64,000 nucleotides of DNA. Origin: SAR116 cluster bacterium AG-335-N04 (GTDB taxonomy: Bacteria; Pseudomonadota; Alphaproteobacteria; Puniceispirillales; Marisalimonadaceae). Where the stretch lies: contig QBZS01000001.1 of assembly GCA_003279355.1 (NCBI GenBank), positions 57,844 to 121,843 of the forward strand, given 5' to 3'. Within the stretch, counting starts at the first letter, position 1; each line of letters starts with the position of its first letter. Positions 30,477 through 40,775 of this stretch are shown piece by piece. Made by a program: the position numbers and the translations under genes. Under the pieces are notes generated by a model. It had not been told where the DNA came from. It worked only from the letters and a program-made list of their open reading frames with translations, and searched no databases.

Positions 30477-30564
30477 CTATGTTTAAAACGCAAAAAAATA
30501 AAAATATTCCAACAATAATCTTCATAAGATATTTATATCATAAATTAAAATTATAAGTAGCAAT

Positions 30565-30771
30565 ATGAACAAAAAAATTCAAATTCTTGAAGAAAAAATT
30601 ACTCTTTTTCAAAATGAGATAATAAGTATGAGTGACGAAATCTATAATCAACAAAAAGAGATACAAGAACTTATGTTGCAAATTAAAACATTAAAATTAG
30701 ATATAGAAAATATGCAAAATAATAACACAGATAAATTAAATATTTCTGATGACGTTCCACCACATTATTAA
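30565..30771 (+). CDS. slyX: SlyX family protein
   Basis: LEEKI.LFQ coiled coil and C-terminal PPHY. Confidence 0.85.
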   Translation: MNKKIQILEEKITLFQNEIISMSDEIYNQQKEIQELMLQIKTLKLDIENMQNNNTDKLNISDDVPPHY

Positions 30772-30845
30772 ATTTACTCAGCTTGCTTGACTTCTGTAAT
30801 ATAAAATATCAAGTTAATATCATTTGAAAACTTTTAGAATGGTCA

Positions 30846-30995
30846 ATGGAAAATTCAACAGCTTACATTTATTTGATTTTAGGTCTTGGTTGTATATTCC
30901 TTTATAGAGTTCTAAAAAAAAGATGGAAAATTCAAGATAATAAAAAGAAAACATTATTTAAATTTTTATTTAATAATCTAAATAATAAGAAATAG
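30846..30995 (+). CDS. Small membrane-anchored protein (49 aa), not in ORF track
   Basis: MENSTAYIYLILGLGCIFLYRVLKKRWKIQ..; one TM then basic tail; fills the slyX to DinB-family gap. Confidence 0.5.
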   Translation: MENSTAYIYLILGLGCIFLYRVLKKRWKIQDNKKKTLFKFLFNNLNNKK

Positions 30996-31023
30996 ATCAT
31001 AAATATCGTTGGGGTGAATTCTC

Positions 31024-31539
31024 ATGAACAACCTAAACTATCTTATAAATCTTCTTAATTATAATAGTTGGGCTAACGATGAATTTTTTAAAGTTATAGT
31101 TCAATTATCTCCTGATGAAATTAATAAACAACGTAAATCTTTCATGAATAGTATAAGAAATTCTTTAAATCACTTATTGGTTATAGATAAGGTTTGGCTT
31201 GCTAATATGAAACAAGAAAAACATGCTTTTAATCACCTTCAGACTATATTATTTGAAGATATGCAAGAGCTCTGGGAAGCCAAAAAAAAAGAAGAAACAT
31301 CAATTAAAAAGTATACTGCTAATTTATCTGATGATGATTTACTTGAGTTAGTTGATTGTGATTTAATTGGTGGTAACAAAGTTTCTATGTCTAGATCTAT
31401 GATTATAACACACCTCGTAATGCATGGTGGTTATCATAGAGGTATAATTGCAGAAATGTTTGGTCAAATTCCTTTACCTCCTATTGCACAAGATATAACT
31501 ACTTGGGAAAAGTCTAAGAAATTAAATAACACTCTTTAA
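31024..31539 (+). CDS. DinB/YfiT family protein (metal-binding helical bundle, not Pol IV)
   Basis: YNSWAN, SI...LNHL and H..YHRG His triad. Confidence 0.85.
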   Translation: MNNLNYLINLLNYNSWANDEFFKVIVQLSPDEINKQRKSFMNSIRNSLNHLLVIDKVWLANMKQEKHAFNHLQTILFEDMQELWEAKKKEETSIKKYTANLSDDDLLELVDCDLIGGNKVSMSRSMIITHLVMHGGYHRGIIAEMFGQIPLPPIAQDITTWEKSKKLNNTL

Positions 31540-31550
31540 GGATTTAAATT

Positions 31551-32318
31551 ATGCATGTAGCTGAATTAATTTGGAACAGTTGGGAAAATGGCCAAAAAAT
31601 TATTTCTTTGCCGAAAAAATTAATACCATGTTCACGAAAAGAAGCTTATAAAATTCAGGAAAATTTAGAAAAATTTAGTAATGACATCATTGTAGGTTGG
31701 AAGATCGCTGCAACTAGTAAAGAAGGACAAAAACATATTGGTGTTCGAGGACCTTTAGCAGGTAGAATTTTACATAACAAACTTTATAAACCAGAAGATA
31801 CTCTAATTTTTGGTCATAATAAAATGGCTGTTGCAGAGCCTGAATTTGCTTTTAAAATAGGGGAAACTTTAAAACCTACAAAAACATTATATAATCTTCA
31901 AGATGTCATGAAGTTAGTTGAATCATTGCATCTTTCAATAGAGCTACCTGATTCTCGCTTTAAAAATTTTGCAACTGTTGGAGAGTTTAACTTAATTTTA
32001 GATAATGCATGTGCACACCAGTTTGCAATCTCACAAGGAATAGACTATCCTTGGCAATCACTTGATTTATCAAAACACAAAGTCAAGATATATAATTCTG
32101 CAAATCTTCAGCATGACGGCATTGGAGCGAATGTTTTGGGAGACCCAAGAATTGCCTTAACTTGGTTGGTAAATGAATTATCACAAAATGATATTACCAT
32201 TCATAAAGGTATGATTGTTTCTACAGGAACGTGTTCAATGCCACTACCAATAAAATCTGGAGATAAAATTACAGCTGATTTTGGTGATTTGGGCTCTATT
32301 AGTATTAATACAAAATGA
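31551..32318 (+). CDS. 2-keto-4-pentenoate hydratase/FAH superfamily protein
   Basis: GWKIAAT, AEPEFAF, ELPDSR, DNA, TGT motifs. Confidence 0.88.
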   Translation: MHVAELIWNSWENGQKIISLPKKLIPCSRKEAYKIQENLEKFSNDIIVGWKIAATSKEGQKHIGVRGPLAGRILHNKLYKPEDTLIFGHNKMAVAEPEFAFKIGETLKPTKTLYNLQDVMKLVESLHLSIELPDSRFKNFATVGEFNLILDNACAHQFAISQGIDYPWQSLDLSKHKVKIYNSANLQHDGIGANVLGDPRIALTWLVNELSQNDITIHKGMIVSTGTCSMPLPIKSGDKITADFGDLGSISINTK

Positions 32319-32488
32319 TAAAATTCTTATTTATTATTGTAATAATGGTTGTACTTATCTTTTTTTTGAAAAATCATTCTACAAAAATTATAACTTTTTT
32401 CAAAAGATTGTTGAGTAACCCTATGATTAGGGCTCTAGCATTCAGAGGCCTTTGGAGAGTTTTAAGATTATTAATTTTTAGAAGATAA
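32315..32488 (+). CDS. Small membrane protein (57 aa), not in ORF track
   Basis: ATGA overlap with hydratase stop; MIKFLFIIVIMVVLIFFL..RALAFRGLWRVLRLLIFRR; ends adjacent to tesA stop. Confidence 0.6.
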   Translation: MIKFLFIIVIMVVLIFFLKNHSTKIITFFKRLLSNPMIRALAFRGLWRVLRLLIFRR

Positions 32489-33121
32489 TTAGTTTATTAG
32501 ACTTTTATAAAAACGTATAAAGTATGGAAAAATATTTTCAACAATTTTCACAACCCCTTTTTTATTCGGGTGTATCATATCTTTTTGATTATAAGAAGGC
32601 TCTAAAGCTACTTCTTTCAAAAAGAATGGATAAAAAAATACATCGTATTTTTTAGACAAGCTTGGGTAAATGGCATTAAATTCATTTACATATTCCCTTC
32701 CAAGGTTAGACGGTGCTTTCATACCGATAAGCATTGTAGGAATTTTAATTTTTTTTAAATGTTTTAATATATTGTCAATATTTCTATAAGTTATTATGGG
32801 ATTAATTCCTCTTAATGCATCATTGGCACCAATTGAAATTATTACTGCGTCATACTCTTCTTCTAATACCCATTTAAACCTATTCAATAAACCGGTGGAA
32901 GTTTCACCAGAAACTCCAGAATTTGTTAGCTTTAAATTAATTTTATAATGATTGATTTTATTTTGTAATTGATTAACGAAACCATCTTCTTTTAATAATC
33001 CATATCCTGCAATTAGACTGTCGCCAAAAACAATAATTTTTGTTGTTTTAGAATGTGCTATATTTACAACAAATGATATAAAGAAAAAAATTGTAAATGT
33101 AAGTTTTTTTATATAATCCAT
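32489..33121 (-). CDS. tesA: Arylesterase/acyl-CoA thioesterase I (SGNH)
   Basis: GDSL, GVSGET, GANDALRG, D.IHPN; divergent from ybbA. Confidence 0.88.
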   Translation of the reverse strand: MDYIKKLTFTIFFFISFVVNIAHSKTTKIIVFGDSLIAGYGLLKEDGFVNQLQNKINHYKINLKLTNSGVSGETSTGLLNRFKWVLEEEYDAVIISIGANDALRGINPIITYRNIDNILKHLKKIKIPTMLIGMKAPSNLGREYVNEFNAIYPSLSKKYDVFFYPFFLKEVALEPSYNQKDMIHPNKKGVVKIVENIFPYFIRFYKSLIN

Positions 33122-33201
33122 TATTAACTAGAAACCACACTTTCCATTTGTCTACAAGAAAGATAATTAGAAAACAACATAATAAATTGATGTAATTATA
33201 A

Positions 33202-33891
33202 ATGAATAATAATAGTAAAAATCATATAATTGAGCTGGAAAATGTTCATGTTAGCCTAAAAAGTAATGTAGAAACAATTAATATTTTAAAAGGCATAAAC
33301 TTAAAAATTCTTAAAGACAATAGCATTAGTGTAATTGGTGAAAGTGGAGCAGGAAAATCAACATTAGCAATGACAATAGCTGGCTTAGAGTTAATCTCTA
33401 AAGGGAAAATTTTTTTTAAAGGTGAAGCAATTCATGACTTGGAAGAAGATGAATTAGCTAATTATAGATCAAAAAATGTAGGTATTATTTTTCAATCTTT
33501 TAACTTATTACCATCAATGACTGCTTTAGAGAATGTTAACTTGCCCAATCAAATTTCTGGAATATTAATTGATGACAAAAAAGGAACTGAGTTGTTAAAG
33601 TCAGTTGGGCTTAAAAAAAGACTCAATCATTATCCCCACCAACTATCTGGAGGTGAGCAACAAAGAGTTGCAATTGCTAGATCTTTAATATCTTCTCCAG
33701 AAATTATAATTGCAGATGAACCCACAGGCAATTTAGATAAAAGAAACAGTGAAGAAGTCATGAAATTAATTTTCAAACTTCGGAGTGATTTTGCTTCAAC
33801 GCTAATATTAGTTACTCATGATGAGACAATTGCTAAGCAATGTAATAAAATAATTAAATTAGATAATGGTTTAATTGTTAAAGATGAATAA
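33202..33891 (+). CDS. ybbA: ABC transporter ATP-binding protein (YbbA/LolD-like)
   Basis: GESGAGKS, LSGGEQQR, ADEPTGNLD. Confidence 0.88.
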   Translation: MNNNSKNHIIELENVHVSLKSNVETINILKGINLKILKDNSISVIGESGAGKSTLAMTIAGLELISKGKIFFKGEAIHDLEEDELANYRSKNVGIIFQSFNLLPSMTALENVNLPNQISGILIDDKKGTELLKSVGLKKRLNHYPHQLSGGEQQRVAIARSLISSPEIIIADEPTGNLDKRNSEEVMKLIFKLRSDFASTLILVTHDETIAKQCNKIIKLDNGLIVKDE

Positions 33892-36406
33892 TTTTAAATT
33901 TTGGAAATTATCAATTAAAGAATTACGAGGATCTTTCAATGAATTTAAGATTGTTATAACATCGATATTTTTGGGAATTTTCATAATTAGTGCTGTAGGA
34001 AGTTTATCTGAAAACCTAAAATTTGAAATTAATAATCAAAGATCTCAGCTTCTTGGAGGAAGTTTTGAACTTTCCACTACATATCAGAAATTTCCTCAAA
34101 AAATTAAAAAATGGCTTGAGGTCAATGGAAAAGTCTCCGAAGTAATTGAGTTGAGGACTATGTTGTCTTCAAACAAAAACTTAATTAATAAACGTCGATT
34201 AGTTGAATTGAAAGCAGTTGATGAAAACTGGCCTTTAATAGGCAGTGTTTCAATTACACCTAATCAAACATTAAAGCAGTCTATAAATAACACTAACGTC
34301 AATGGTGTATTGATTGATAAAAATGTAAAAAATCAGCTTAGCCTTAATTTAGGTGATACACTTGATTTAGGTGACTCAAGAATAGTAATTAAAGGAATTA
34401 TAAAAAAAGAACCAGATAGAATGTTTTCATTTGCAACTTTTGGTTCTAGAGTTCTTTTGTCAATTAAAACATTACAAAAAACAAATTTAATTGTCCCAGG
34501 TTCATTAGTAAAATATAAAATAAAATTTATTCCAAACAAAAACAATATCAATTTATCATACTTAAATAAGTTAGTTGAAGGTACTAATATCACTGTTAGG
34601 GGTATTAATAGCAGTACTAATAATTTTAATAACTTTATAGAAAGGACTTCTCTTTTTATCTCTATGGTTGGATTAATTACTCTTTTAATATCAGGAATTG
34701 GTATTTCTAATGGTGTAAAAGGTTATATAATCAAAAAAATTAAGAATATTGCGATTTTGAAATCATTAGGAGCTAAAAATATACAAGTTTTTTTAATTTA
34801 CCTTTTTCAAGTCATGGTTATTTTTTTACTTAGCATAATACCTGCTTTACTTGCAGGAATATCCATTCCTTTTTTATTGTCACCAATAATTAGTTCAGAA
34901 TTATTTGATACTTTTAAAGCAACAATTTTTTTAAAACCAATTATTATTAGTTTTTCTTTCGGTTTAATAGTTTGTCTATTGTTTACAATAATACCAATCG
35001 CAAGTACCTATAAAATTAAACCAATACAACTTATAAGACACGCAGCTCATAACATTCATAATCAAAGCTCCAAAAAAATAAAAATATTCATATTTTTTTT
35101 AATTTGTTTGTTGTCTTACTTAACAGTGATTATAACCAATGACATTAAATTATCAGCTTATATTTTTACATCAATTTTTATTTCTTTTATAATATTAAGC
35201 GCATTAACTAATATATATTTTTATATTTTAAAAAAGATAAATTTTAAGATTGGATCTCTATCTGAACTTGTAAGAAAATCAATTATTAGTAAGAATTCTT
35301 TTTCTAAGACTATAGTTGTTTCATTCAGTATAGGTTTATCACTTTTAATTAGTCTTAATATAATTGAAGAAAGTTTAGATAACAAAATCTCAAAAACTAT
35401 TAATCAAGAAGCTCCTAACCATTTTTTAATTGATATTCAACCAAACCAAATTGATACAATTAATAAGTTAGCTTCTTCATCAAAAGACATTTTATTTCTT
35501 AACTCTCAACCAATGTTACGAGGTCGTATTACTGAAATAAATAACATTAAGGTTGAAAATTTAAAAGTAAATAAAGATGTCGAATGGGTGCTTAAAAGAG
35601 ATAGAGCATTTTCTTGGACTAACGAAAGACCTAAAAACTCTAAGCTAATATCAGGAGAATGGTGGAAAAAAGACTATAATGGTCCTTTATTAGTATCAAT
35701 GGGTGATAAAATTGCCAAAGGAATGAATGTGAAAATTGGTGATAATATACGCTTTAATATTTTAGGTAGAAATTTTGAAGCCACGATTTTCAATACAAGA
35801 GAAATTATTTGGGAGAATATGAATATTAATTTTATTTTTGTATTAAGTGAAAGTAGTTTAACCAATGCCCCGCACACTTGGATTGCCTCAACTACAAGTG
35901 AAAATAAAGAAATAAATAATAACTTTGTAGAAAAAGTAGTCACTAAATTTTCAAATATATCTTCTATTTCAATAGAAGAAAGTTACAAAGCAATTAAGTC
36001 AATATTAAATTTACTAATAATTATAATTAACTCTATTGCTTTAATAACACTTTTGTCAGGAGTTATAGTTTTAACAGGTATATTAGATGTAAGTAAAAAA
36101 GATAAGTTATATGAGATAGCAATATTTAAAATATTAGGAGCAAGTCCAAAAAAAATATCATTACTATGGCTATATGAATATTTAATAATTGGTCTAATGG
36201 CATCACTTATTTCTTTGTTAATCGGATGCTTGGTAAGTTTTATTTTACTATACTATGTTTTTAATGTTGATTTTTACGTAAATTACTTAACCTTAATTAT
36301 TTTGTCTTTTATTGTTCCAACTGTGGTAACAGTTTTTAGCTTTTTTAAAATGATTAAGCTAGTTCTTTCTAAGCCGCTTCAAGTTTTGAGAGCTCATAAT
36401 CATTAA
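33884..36406 (+). CDS. ybbP: ABC transporter permease (YbbP, FtsX-like)
   Basis: About 840 aa, two FtsX halves, ELKAVD..WPL.G, KEPDR, FLIDIQP; tesA-ybbA-ybbP synteny. Confidence 0.88.
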   Translation: MNNFKFWKLSIKELRGSFNEFKIVITSIFLGIFIISAVGSLSENLKFEINNQRSQLLGGSFELSTTYQKFPQKIKKWLEVNGKVSEVIELRTMLSSNKNLINKRRLVELKAVDENWPLIGSVSITPNQTLKQSINNTNVNGVLIDKNVKNQLSLNLGDTLDLGDSRIVIKGIIKKEPDRMFSFATFGSRVLLSIKTLQKTNLIVPGSLVKYKIKFIPNKNNINLSYLNKLVEGTNITVRGINSSTNNFNNFIERTSLFISMVGLITLLISGIGISNGVKGYIIKKIKNIAILKSLGAKNIQVFLIYLFQVMVIFLLSIIPALLAGISIPFLLSPIISSELFDTFKATIFLKPIIISFSFGLIVCLLFTIIPIASTYKIKPIQLIRHAAHNIHNQSSKKIKIFIFFLICLLSYLTVIITNDIKLSAYIFTSIFISFIILSALTNIYFYILKKINFKIGSLSELVRKSIISKNSFSKTIVVSFSIGLSLLISLNIIEESLDNKISKTINQEAPNHFLIDIQPNQIDTINKLASSSKDILFLNSQPMLRGRITEINNIKVENLKVNKDVEWVLKRDRAFSWTNERPKNSKLISGEWWKKDYNGPLLVSMGDKIAKGMNVKIGDNIRFNILGRNFEATIFNTREIIWENMNINFIFVLSESSLTNAPHTWIASTTSENKEINNNFVEKVVTKFSNISSISIEESYKAIKSILNLLIIIINSIALITLLSGVIVLTGILDVSKKDKLYEIAIFKILGASPKKISLLWLYEYLIIGLMASLISLLIGCLVSFILLYYVFNVDFYVNYLTLIILSFIVPTVVTVFSFFKMIKLVLSKPLQVLRAHNH

Positions 36407-36496
36407 ATATCCATAAACTCAAAATTAATAAATGTTAAATTTTATTTTTTATAAAAATCATATATATGTTTAATTCAATTGAAATCAGGATAAAAC

Positions 36497-37543
36497 ATGC
36501 ATTTTAAAAAATTAGGTAAGTCAGATTTAAAAGTTTCATCATATTGTCTAGGAACAATGACTTTTGGAGAAACAACTTCAGAAGATGGTGGACACAGTCA
36601 AATTGATCAGTCATTGGAATATGGGATTAATTTTTTTGATACAGCTGAAATGTATCCAACTTGCCCACTTCGTGCAGAAACTACTGGAAATACAGAAACT
36701 ATAATTGGCAATTGGATAGAAAAAAATAAATCTAAAAGATCTGATATTATTCTAGCCAGTAAAATATCTGGGAAAGGTTACAAAGCCGTCAGGAATGGTG
36801 AGGGTATCAACGAAAAATCAGTAAAGATAGCGATTGAAGGTAGTCTAAAAAAATTGAAAACTGATTATTTAGATCTTTACCAATTACATTGGCCAAACAG
36901 AGGTTCATATCACTTTAGACAAAATTGGAATTATAACCCAACAACCCAAGACACAGTGTCTGCCAAAGAAAATATTTTACAGGTTTTAAGAGCTTTGTCT
37001 GATATACAAAAAGAAGGAAAAATTAGGTATATTGGCTTGTCTAATGAAACTTGTTGGGGCACTACTCAATTTATTCATTATTTAAAAGAATTTCCTAATC
37101 TTACTCTGGTCTCTACTCAAAATGAATATAGTTTACTTTGTAGATTATATGACCTTGATATGGCTGAGATGTCTTATCATGAAAATATTAGTTTGTTAGC
37201 TTATTCTCCTTTAGCAGGAGGGTTTCTTACAGGTAAGTATATGGAAGATAAAGTGCCAGACAACTCTAGACTTTCGAGAGTACCAAGTTTATTTGGTAGA
37301 ATTAACGATAATTCCACTTTAGCTGTAAAAGAGTATGTATTACTTGCAAAAAAATATAATTTAGATCCAGTCCATATGGCCCTTGCTTTTTGTAATCAAA
37401 GACCTTTTATGGGCTCTGTAATTTTTGGAGCTACTGATAATTTACAGTTAACTAATATATTAAAAGGACTAGAGGTAGTACTTTCTGAAGAGATCCTTTT
37501 AGAGATAAATAAGTTATATAAAAGATTTCCAATTACTTTTTAA
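36497..37543 (+). CDS. tas: Aldo/keto reductase (Tas-like)
   Basis: LGTMTFG, FFDTAEMY, YQLHWP, SNET.WG, LLAYSPLAGG.LTGKY. Confidence 0.85.
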   Translation: MHFKKLGKSDLKVSSYCLGTMTFGETTSEDGGHSQIDQSLEYGINFFDTAEMYPTCPLRAETTGNTETIIGNWIEKNKSKRSDIILASKISGKGYKAVRNGEGINEKSVKIAIEGSLKKLKTDYLDLYQLHWPNRGSYHFRQNWNYNPTTQDTVSAKENILQVLRALSDIQKEGKIRYIGLSNETCWGTTQFIHYLKEFPNLTLVSTQNEYSLLCRLYDLDMAEMSYHENISLLAYSPLAGGFLTGKYMEDKVPDNSRLSRVPSLFGRINDNSTLAVKEYVLLAKKYNLDPVHMALAFCNQRPFMGSVIFGATDNLQLTNILKGLEVVLSEEILLEINKLYKRFPITF

Positions 37544-37549
37544 TAATAT

Positions 37550-38197
37550 TCAAGCTTTAAATTGTTTGTCGTTTCCCCATTTTTTCACTTCTGGGTGTTC
37601 ATCAACAAAATTACACACTCTTTTAATGTTTGGATATTTTTTTAAGAAATCATTTGGAAAGCCGTCTACTGCACCTGAAGTTGTCCACCCCACAAAACTC
37701 CATAAGGCAATATCTGCAATACTAAAGTAATCAGTAATTATCAAATCGCTGTTTTCAGGGATATTTTTTTCTAACATTTCGAACTTTCTGGTGAACTCTG
37801 TTTCAAAAAATTCTTTTCTTTTTACAATTTTTTTATCAGGTTCTAGATCTCTTCCTGCATTAAAAATTAACACTGTAATATCAGTAATAAAGTCCAAGAA
37901 TTGATCAATTTTAGCAGCTGCAAAATCGTTGTCTTTCGGATATAGACCAGATAATTTTCCACAAAATCTTGCGATACCAGCTGTTTGAGCAAAAATTTCA
38001 TCGTTAACTTTTAAACATGGAAGCTGATTAAATGGAATAATTGTTCCATCGTCTAATTTACCCGAACTTCTTGCTCTCATAAATTCTTCACGGTCAACTC
38101 GAATATCATTAAATTTTATCTTGCCAATATTAAGCGCTATTCTGCTAACTTCTGCTCTCCAAAAAGGAAAGTCAAAATATATTAAAGACAAATTCAT
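37550..38197 (-). CDS. Glutathione S-transferase, sigma-class-like
   Basis: YF...RAE..R, PFNQLP, AQT.GIARF.GK..GLYP, SIADI. Confidence 0.82.
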   Translation of the reverse strand: MNLSLIYFDFPFWRAEVSRIALNIGKIKFNDIRVDREEFMRARSSGKLDDGTIIPFNQLPCLKVNDEIFAQTAGIARFCGKLSGLYPKDNDFAAAKIDQFLDFITDITVLIFNAGRDLEPDKKIVKRKEFFETEFTRKFEMLEKNIPENSDLIITDYFSIADIALWSFVGWTTSGAVDGFPNDFLKKYPNIKRVCNFVDEHPEVKKWGNDKQFKA

Positions 38198-38214
38198 TGT
38201 TAAGTAATCTCCTG

Positions 38215-39420
38215 TTAAATAAAAATTTTACTAATTTCATCAAAAACTGAAAACATTAGTTCTTCAGTTTTAATATTTATAGGATCTGATGCAGATGACA
38301 TTCTTACTATTGTAATTTCCTTTTGAGGGTTTATCCATATATTTTGACCATGGATCCCAATAGCGCAATATTCATTATCTTTGAACCCAGTCTGGTACCA
38401 TTTTGACCGATAATTTCCATTTGGAAATCTTTCCAAATTATCTTGATTTAGATAGCTATTATTATTTTTATTATTAACAAAATCTTCTATCCATGCGGCG
38501 GGTATTACTTGACCATTTTTATTAGATCCATGATTACGAACTAACTCAGAAAGTAAAAGTAAATCATATGGTGAAACACTAATTCCTCCTGCGGCTCTAG
38601 AAGCTCCCCATTTATCAACAGTTACATTAGCTTCATGATTGATGCCTGCATTCTTGAACAATAAGTCAGCCATTATTTTAGAATAATTTTCACCTGAAGC
38701 TCGTTCAATAATCCATCCTAATAAATCACTATGAGGTGAACAATAATGATATTTTTGACCATGCTTCTGATTAGACTTGGGCATTGAGCAAAGAAAATCA
38801 TGCAATCCTTTAACTGTTTGCGTTGAGTTTGTTTCAGGTAAATCCCAGCCAGTGGATGATCTATACTTCTTAAATATTTCTGCTTGTCCTGAGTAGTCTT
38901 CTATAAATCCAGAAGCAATGCTCATATCAAGAACATTTCTAACAGTTGCGTCTTCATAAGCAGTTCCCTTGGTTTCTGGTAAAATATGTGAAATGTAGTT
39001 GTTAACATTAATTATTTTTTTCTCTACTAGTATTCCAGTTAACAAAGAAGTTAAAGACTTTGATACTGAAAAAATGATATGAGGAGTGTTAAACCTTGTG
39101 AATTTATCATAAAACTCAAATTTAATTTTACCCTTATGCATAACTAAAAAAGCATCTGTGTCACATATTTTTAAAATTTCTTTAAGTTTGTAAGAAGTAT
39201 TTTTATGATCAATGATTAGATCATCTATGTCTATTAACTGTTTGTGTAATATAACCTCTTTATAAGGATTATTATAAATTGGTGATGTTGGTATTAAATT
39301 TCTTACATTTACAAATGACCAAGAATTGAAAGGATATTTTCGCCAATTATCTAGAGTAACTTGGTATTCAATTGGAGGTGGGCTACCTTTCATGATTTTA
39401 CTTATTTCAAAAAAAGTCAT
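38215..39420 (-). CDS. Serine hydrolase, beta-lactamase fold (6-aminohexanoate-dimer hydrolase NylB-like)
   Basis: SVSK, YCS..SD.LGW, GIHGQ; N-terminal MKGSPPP..NWR..P. Confidence 0.82.
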   Translation of the reverse strand: MTFFEISKIMKGSPPPIEYQVTLDNWRKYPFNSWSFVNVRNLIPTSPIYNNPYKEVILHKQLIDIDDLIIDHKNTSYKLKEILKICDTDAFLVMHKGKIKFEFYDKFTRFNTPHIIFSVSKSLTSLLTGILVEKKIINVNNYISHILPETKGTAYEDATVRNVLDMSIASGFIEDYSGQAEIFKKYRSSTGWDLPETNSTQTVKGLHDFLCSMPKSNQKHGQKYHYCSPHSDLLGWIIERASGENYSKIMADLLFKNAGINHEANVTVDKWGASRAAGGISVSPYDLLLLSELVRNHGSNKNGQVIPAAWIEDFVNNKNNNSYLNQDNLERFPNGNYRSKWYQTGFKDNEYCAIGIHGQNIWINPQKEITIVRMSSASDPINIKTEELMFSVFDEISKIFI

Positions 39421-39464
39421 TTTTTCTCAAAAATTAATAATCTTATCTATAATCATTATTATAT

Positions 39465-39493
39465 TTGACAAAGCTTTATTTTGGCAATAACCC
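39465..39493 (+). promoter_or_regulatory. Candidate sigma70 promoter for ilvA
   Basis: TTGACA-N17-TAACCC; a -10 lacking T-7 is common in alphaproteobacteria. Confidence 0.45.
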
Positions 39494-39522
39494 ATTATAA
39501 ACTTAAATAAATAGAGTTAACA

Positions 39523-40734
39523 ATGAAATTAACACTAGATGACATTATTGATGTACATAAAAAAATTTCCAAAAATGTAAAGTGGACTGAAACCAGCTAC
39601 TCAAGCTCTATTTCAGAAAAATTAGGTATTAATGTTTTCTTCAAGTTTGAAAATAGACAATATACAGGCGCATTTAAAGTACGAGGTTCTTACTCCAAGC
39701 TTTTGTCTCTTTCAGATCATGAAAGAAGCTCTGGCGTAGTTGCTATGTCTGCTGGAAATCATGCGCAAGGATTAGCTTTTATATCAAATAAGATGAATAT
39801 TAATTCAAATATTGTAATGCCTGAAGGAACACCATTTACTAAAATTAGAAGAACTAAAAATTTTGGTGGAAATGTTATTATTAAAGGATCTGATTTAGAT
39901 GAGTCCTATCAACATGTACAAGATCTTATAAAGGATAAAGGATTCATTGAAGTTCATCCTTACAATGATTTAAATGTAATTTCTGGCCAAGGCACTGTTT
40001 CATATGAAATGTTATCTGACTATAATGAAATTGATGTTCTACTGATACCGGTTGGTGGTGGTGGATTAATAGCTGGTTGTGCATTGGCAGCAAAAGAAAT
40101 GAATAAAAACATAAAGGTTATTGGTGTTGAATCTGACTTGTATCCATCTTTAACAAACAAGATGTTTAATAAAAAAATCAAGTGTAAAGGATCTACTTTA
40201 GCTGAAGGTATAGCTGTTTCAAAAATAGGCGATATTCCTTTTTCTATAATTCAGGATTTTGTAGATGATGTAATTACTGTATCAGACAAATCGATTGAAA
40301 GAGCAATAGCAATGTTAGCGGAACACGAAAAAGTTGTTGCAGAAGGGGCAGGTGCAACAGGTCTGGCCGCGTTATTACAAAATAATAGCACATTTAAAGG
40401 TAAAAAAGTTGGCGTTATAATATGTGGGGGAAATATTGACTCAAAAGTTTTGTCCTCAATTTTAATGAGAGACTTAGTTAGATCAGGACAGGTTACAACA
40501 CTGGGTATTACGATGCCTGACAAGCCTGGACAATTACAAATTATATCAAAAATTTGTGCAACTAATGGAGCTAACGTGCTTCAAGTTGAGCATAGTAGAT
40601 TTGCAATGGATTTGTCAGCTAGTTTGGCCAAATTAAATATTACTGTTGAAACCCAAAATTCAGATCACTTAAACAAAATAATTGAAGAAATTGAAAGAAA
40701 TGATTTACCAGTTGAAATCGAAGGTTTGATTTAA
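39523..40734 (+). CDS. ilvA: Threonine ammonia-lyase with C-terminal ACT domain
   Basis: TGAFKVRG PLP Lys, SAGNHAQG, GGGGL, CGGNID, PDKPG. Confidence 0.9.
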   Translation: MKLTLDDIIDVHKKISKNVKWTETSYSSSISEKLGINVFFKFENRQYTGAFKVRGSYSKLLSLSDHERSSGVVAMSAGNHAQGLAFISNKMNINSNIVMPEGTPFTKIRRTKNFGGNVIIKGSDLDESYQHVQDLIKDKGFIEVHPYNDLNVISGQGTVSYEMLSDYNEIDVLLIPVGGGGLIAGCALAAKEMNKNIKVIGVESDLYPSLTNKMFNKKIKCKGSTLAEGIAVSKIGDIPFSIIQDFVDDVITVSDKSIERAIAMLAEHEKVVAEGAGATGLAALLQNNSTFKGKKVGVIICGGNIDSKVLSSILMRDLVRSGQVTTLGITMPDKPGQLQIISKICATNGANVLQVEHSRFAMDLSASLAKLNITVETQNSDHLNKIIEEIERNDLPVEIEGLI

Positions 40735-40775
40735 AGAATGTTAAATTTTATCAATTTTGATTAAATTGGATTGTT

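Noticed and set aside
30448-30525. 25-aa hydrophobic minus-strand ORF (MKIIVGIFLFFCVLNIAMYSLSFFG)
   Set aside because: No RBS, overlaps the MATE 3' end, and T-rich strands give hydrophobic peptides by chance
39447-39461. Fur-box-like ATAATCATTAT
   Set aside because: Only a partial match in very AT-rich DNA, and the flanking genes are unrelated to iron
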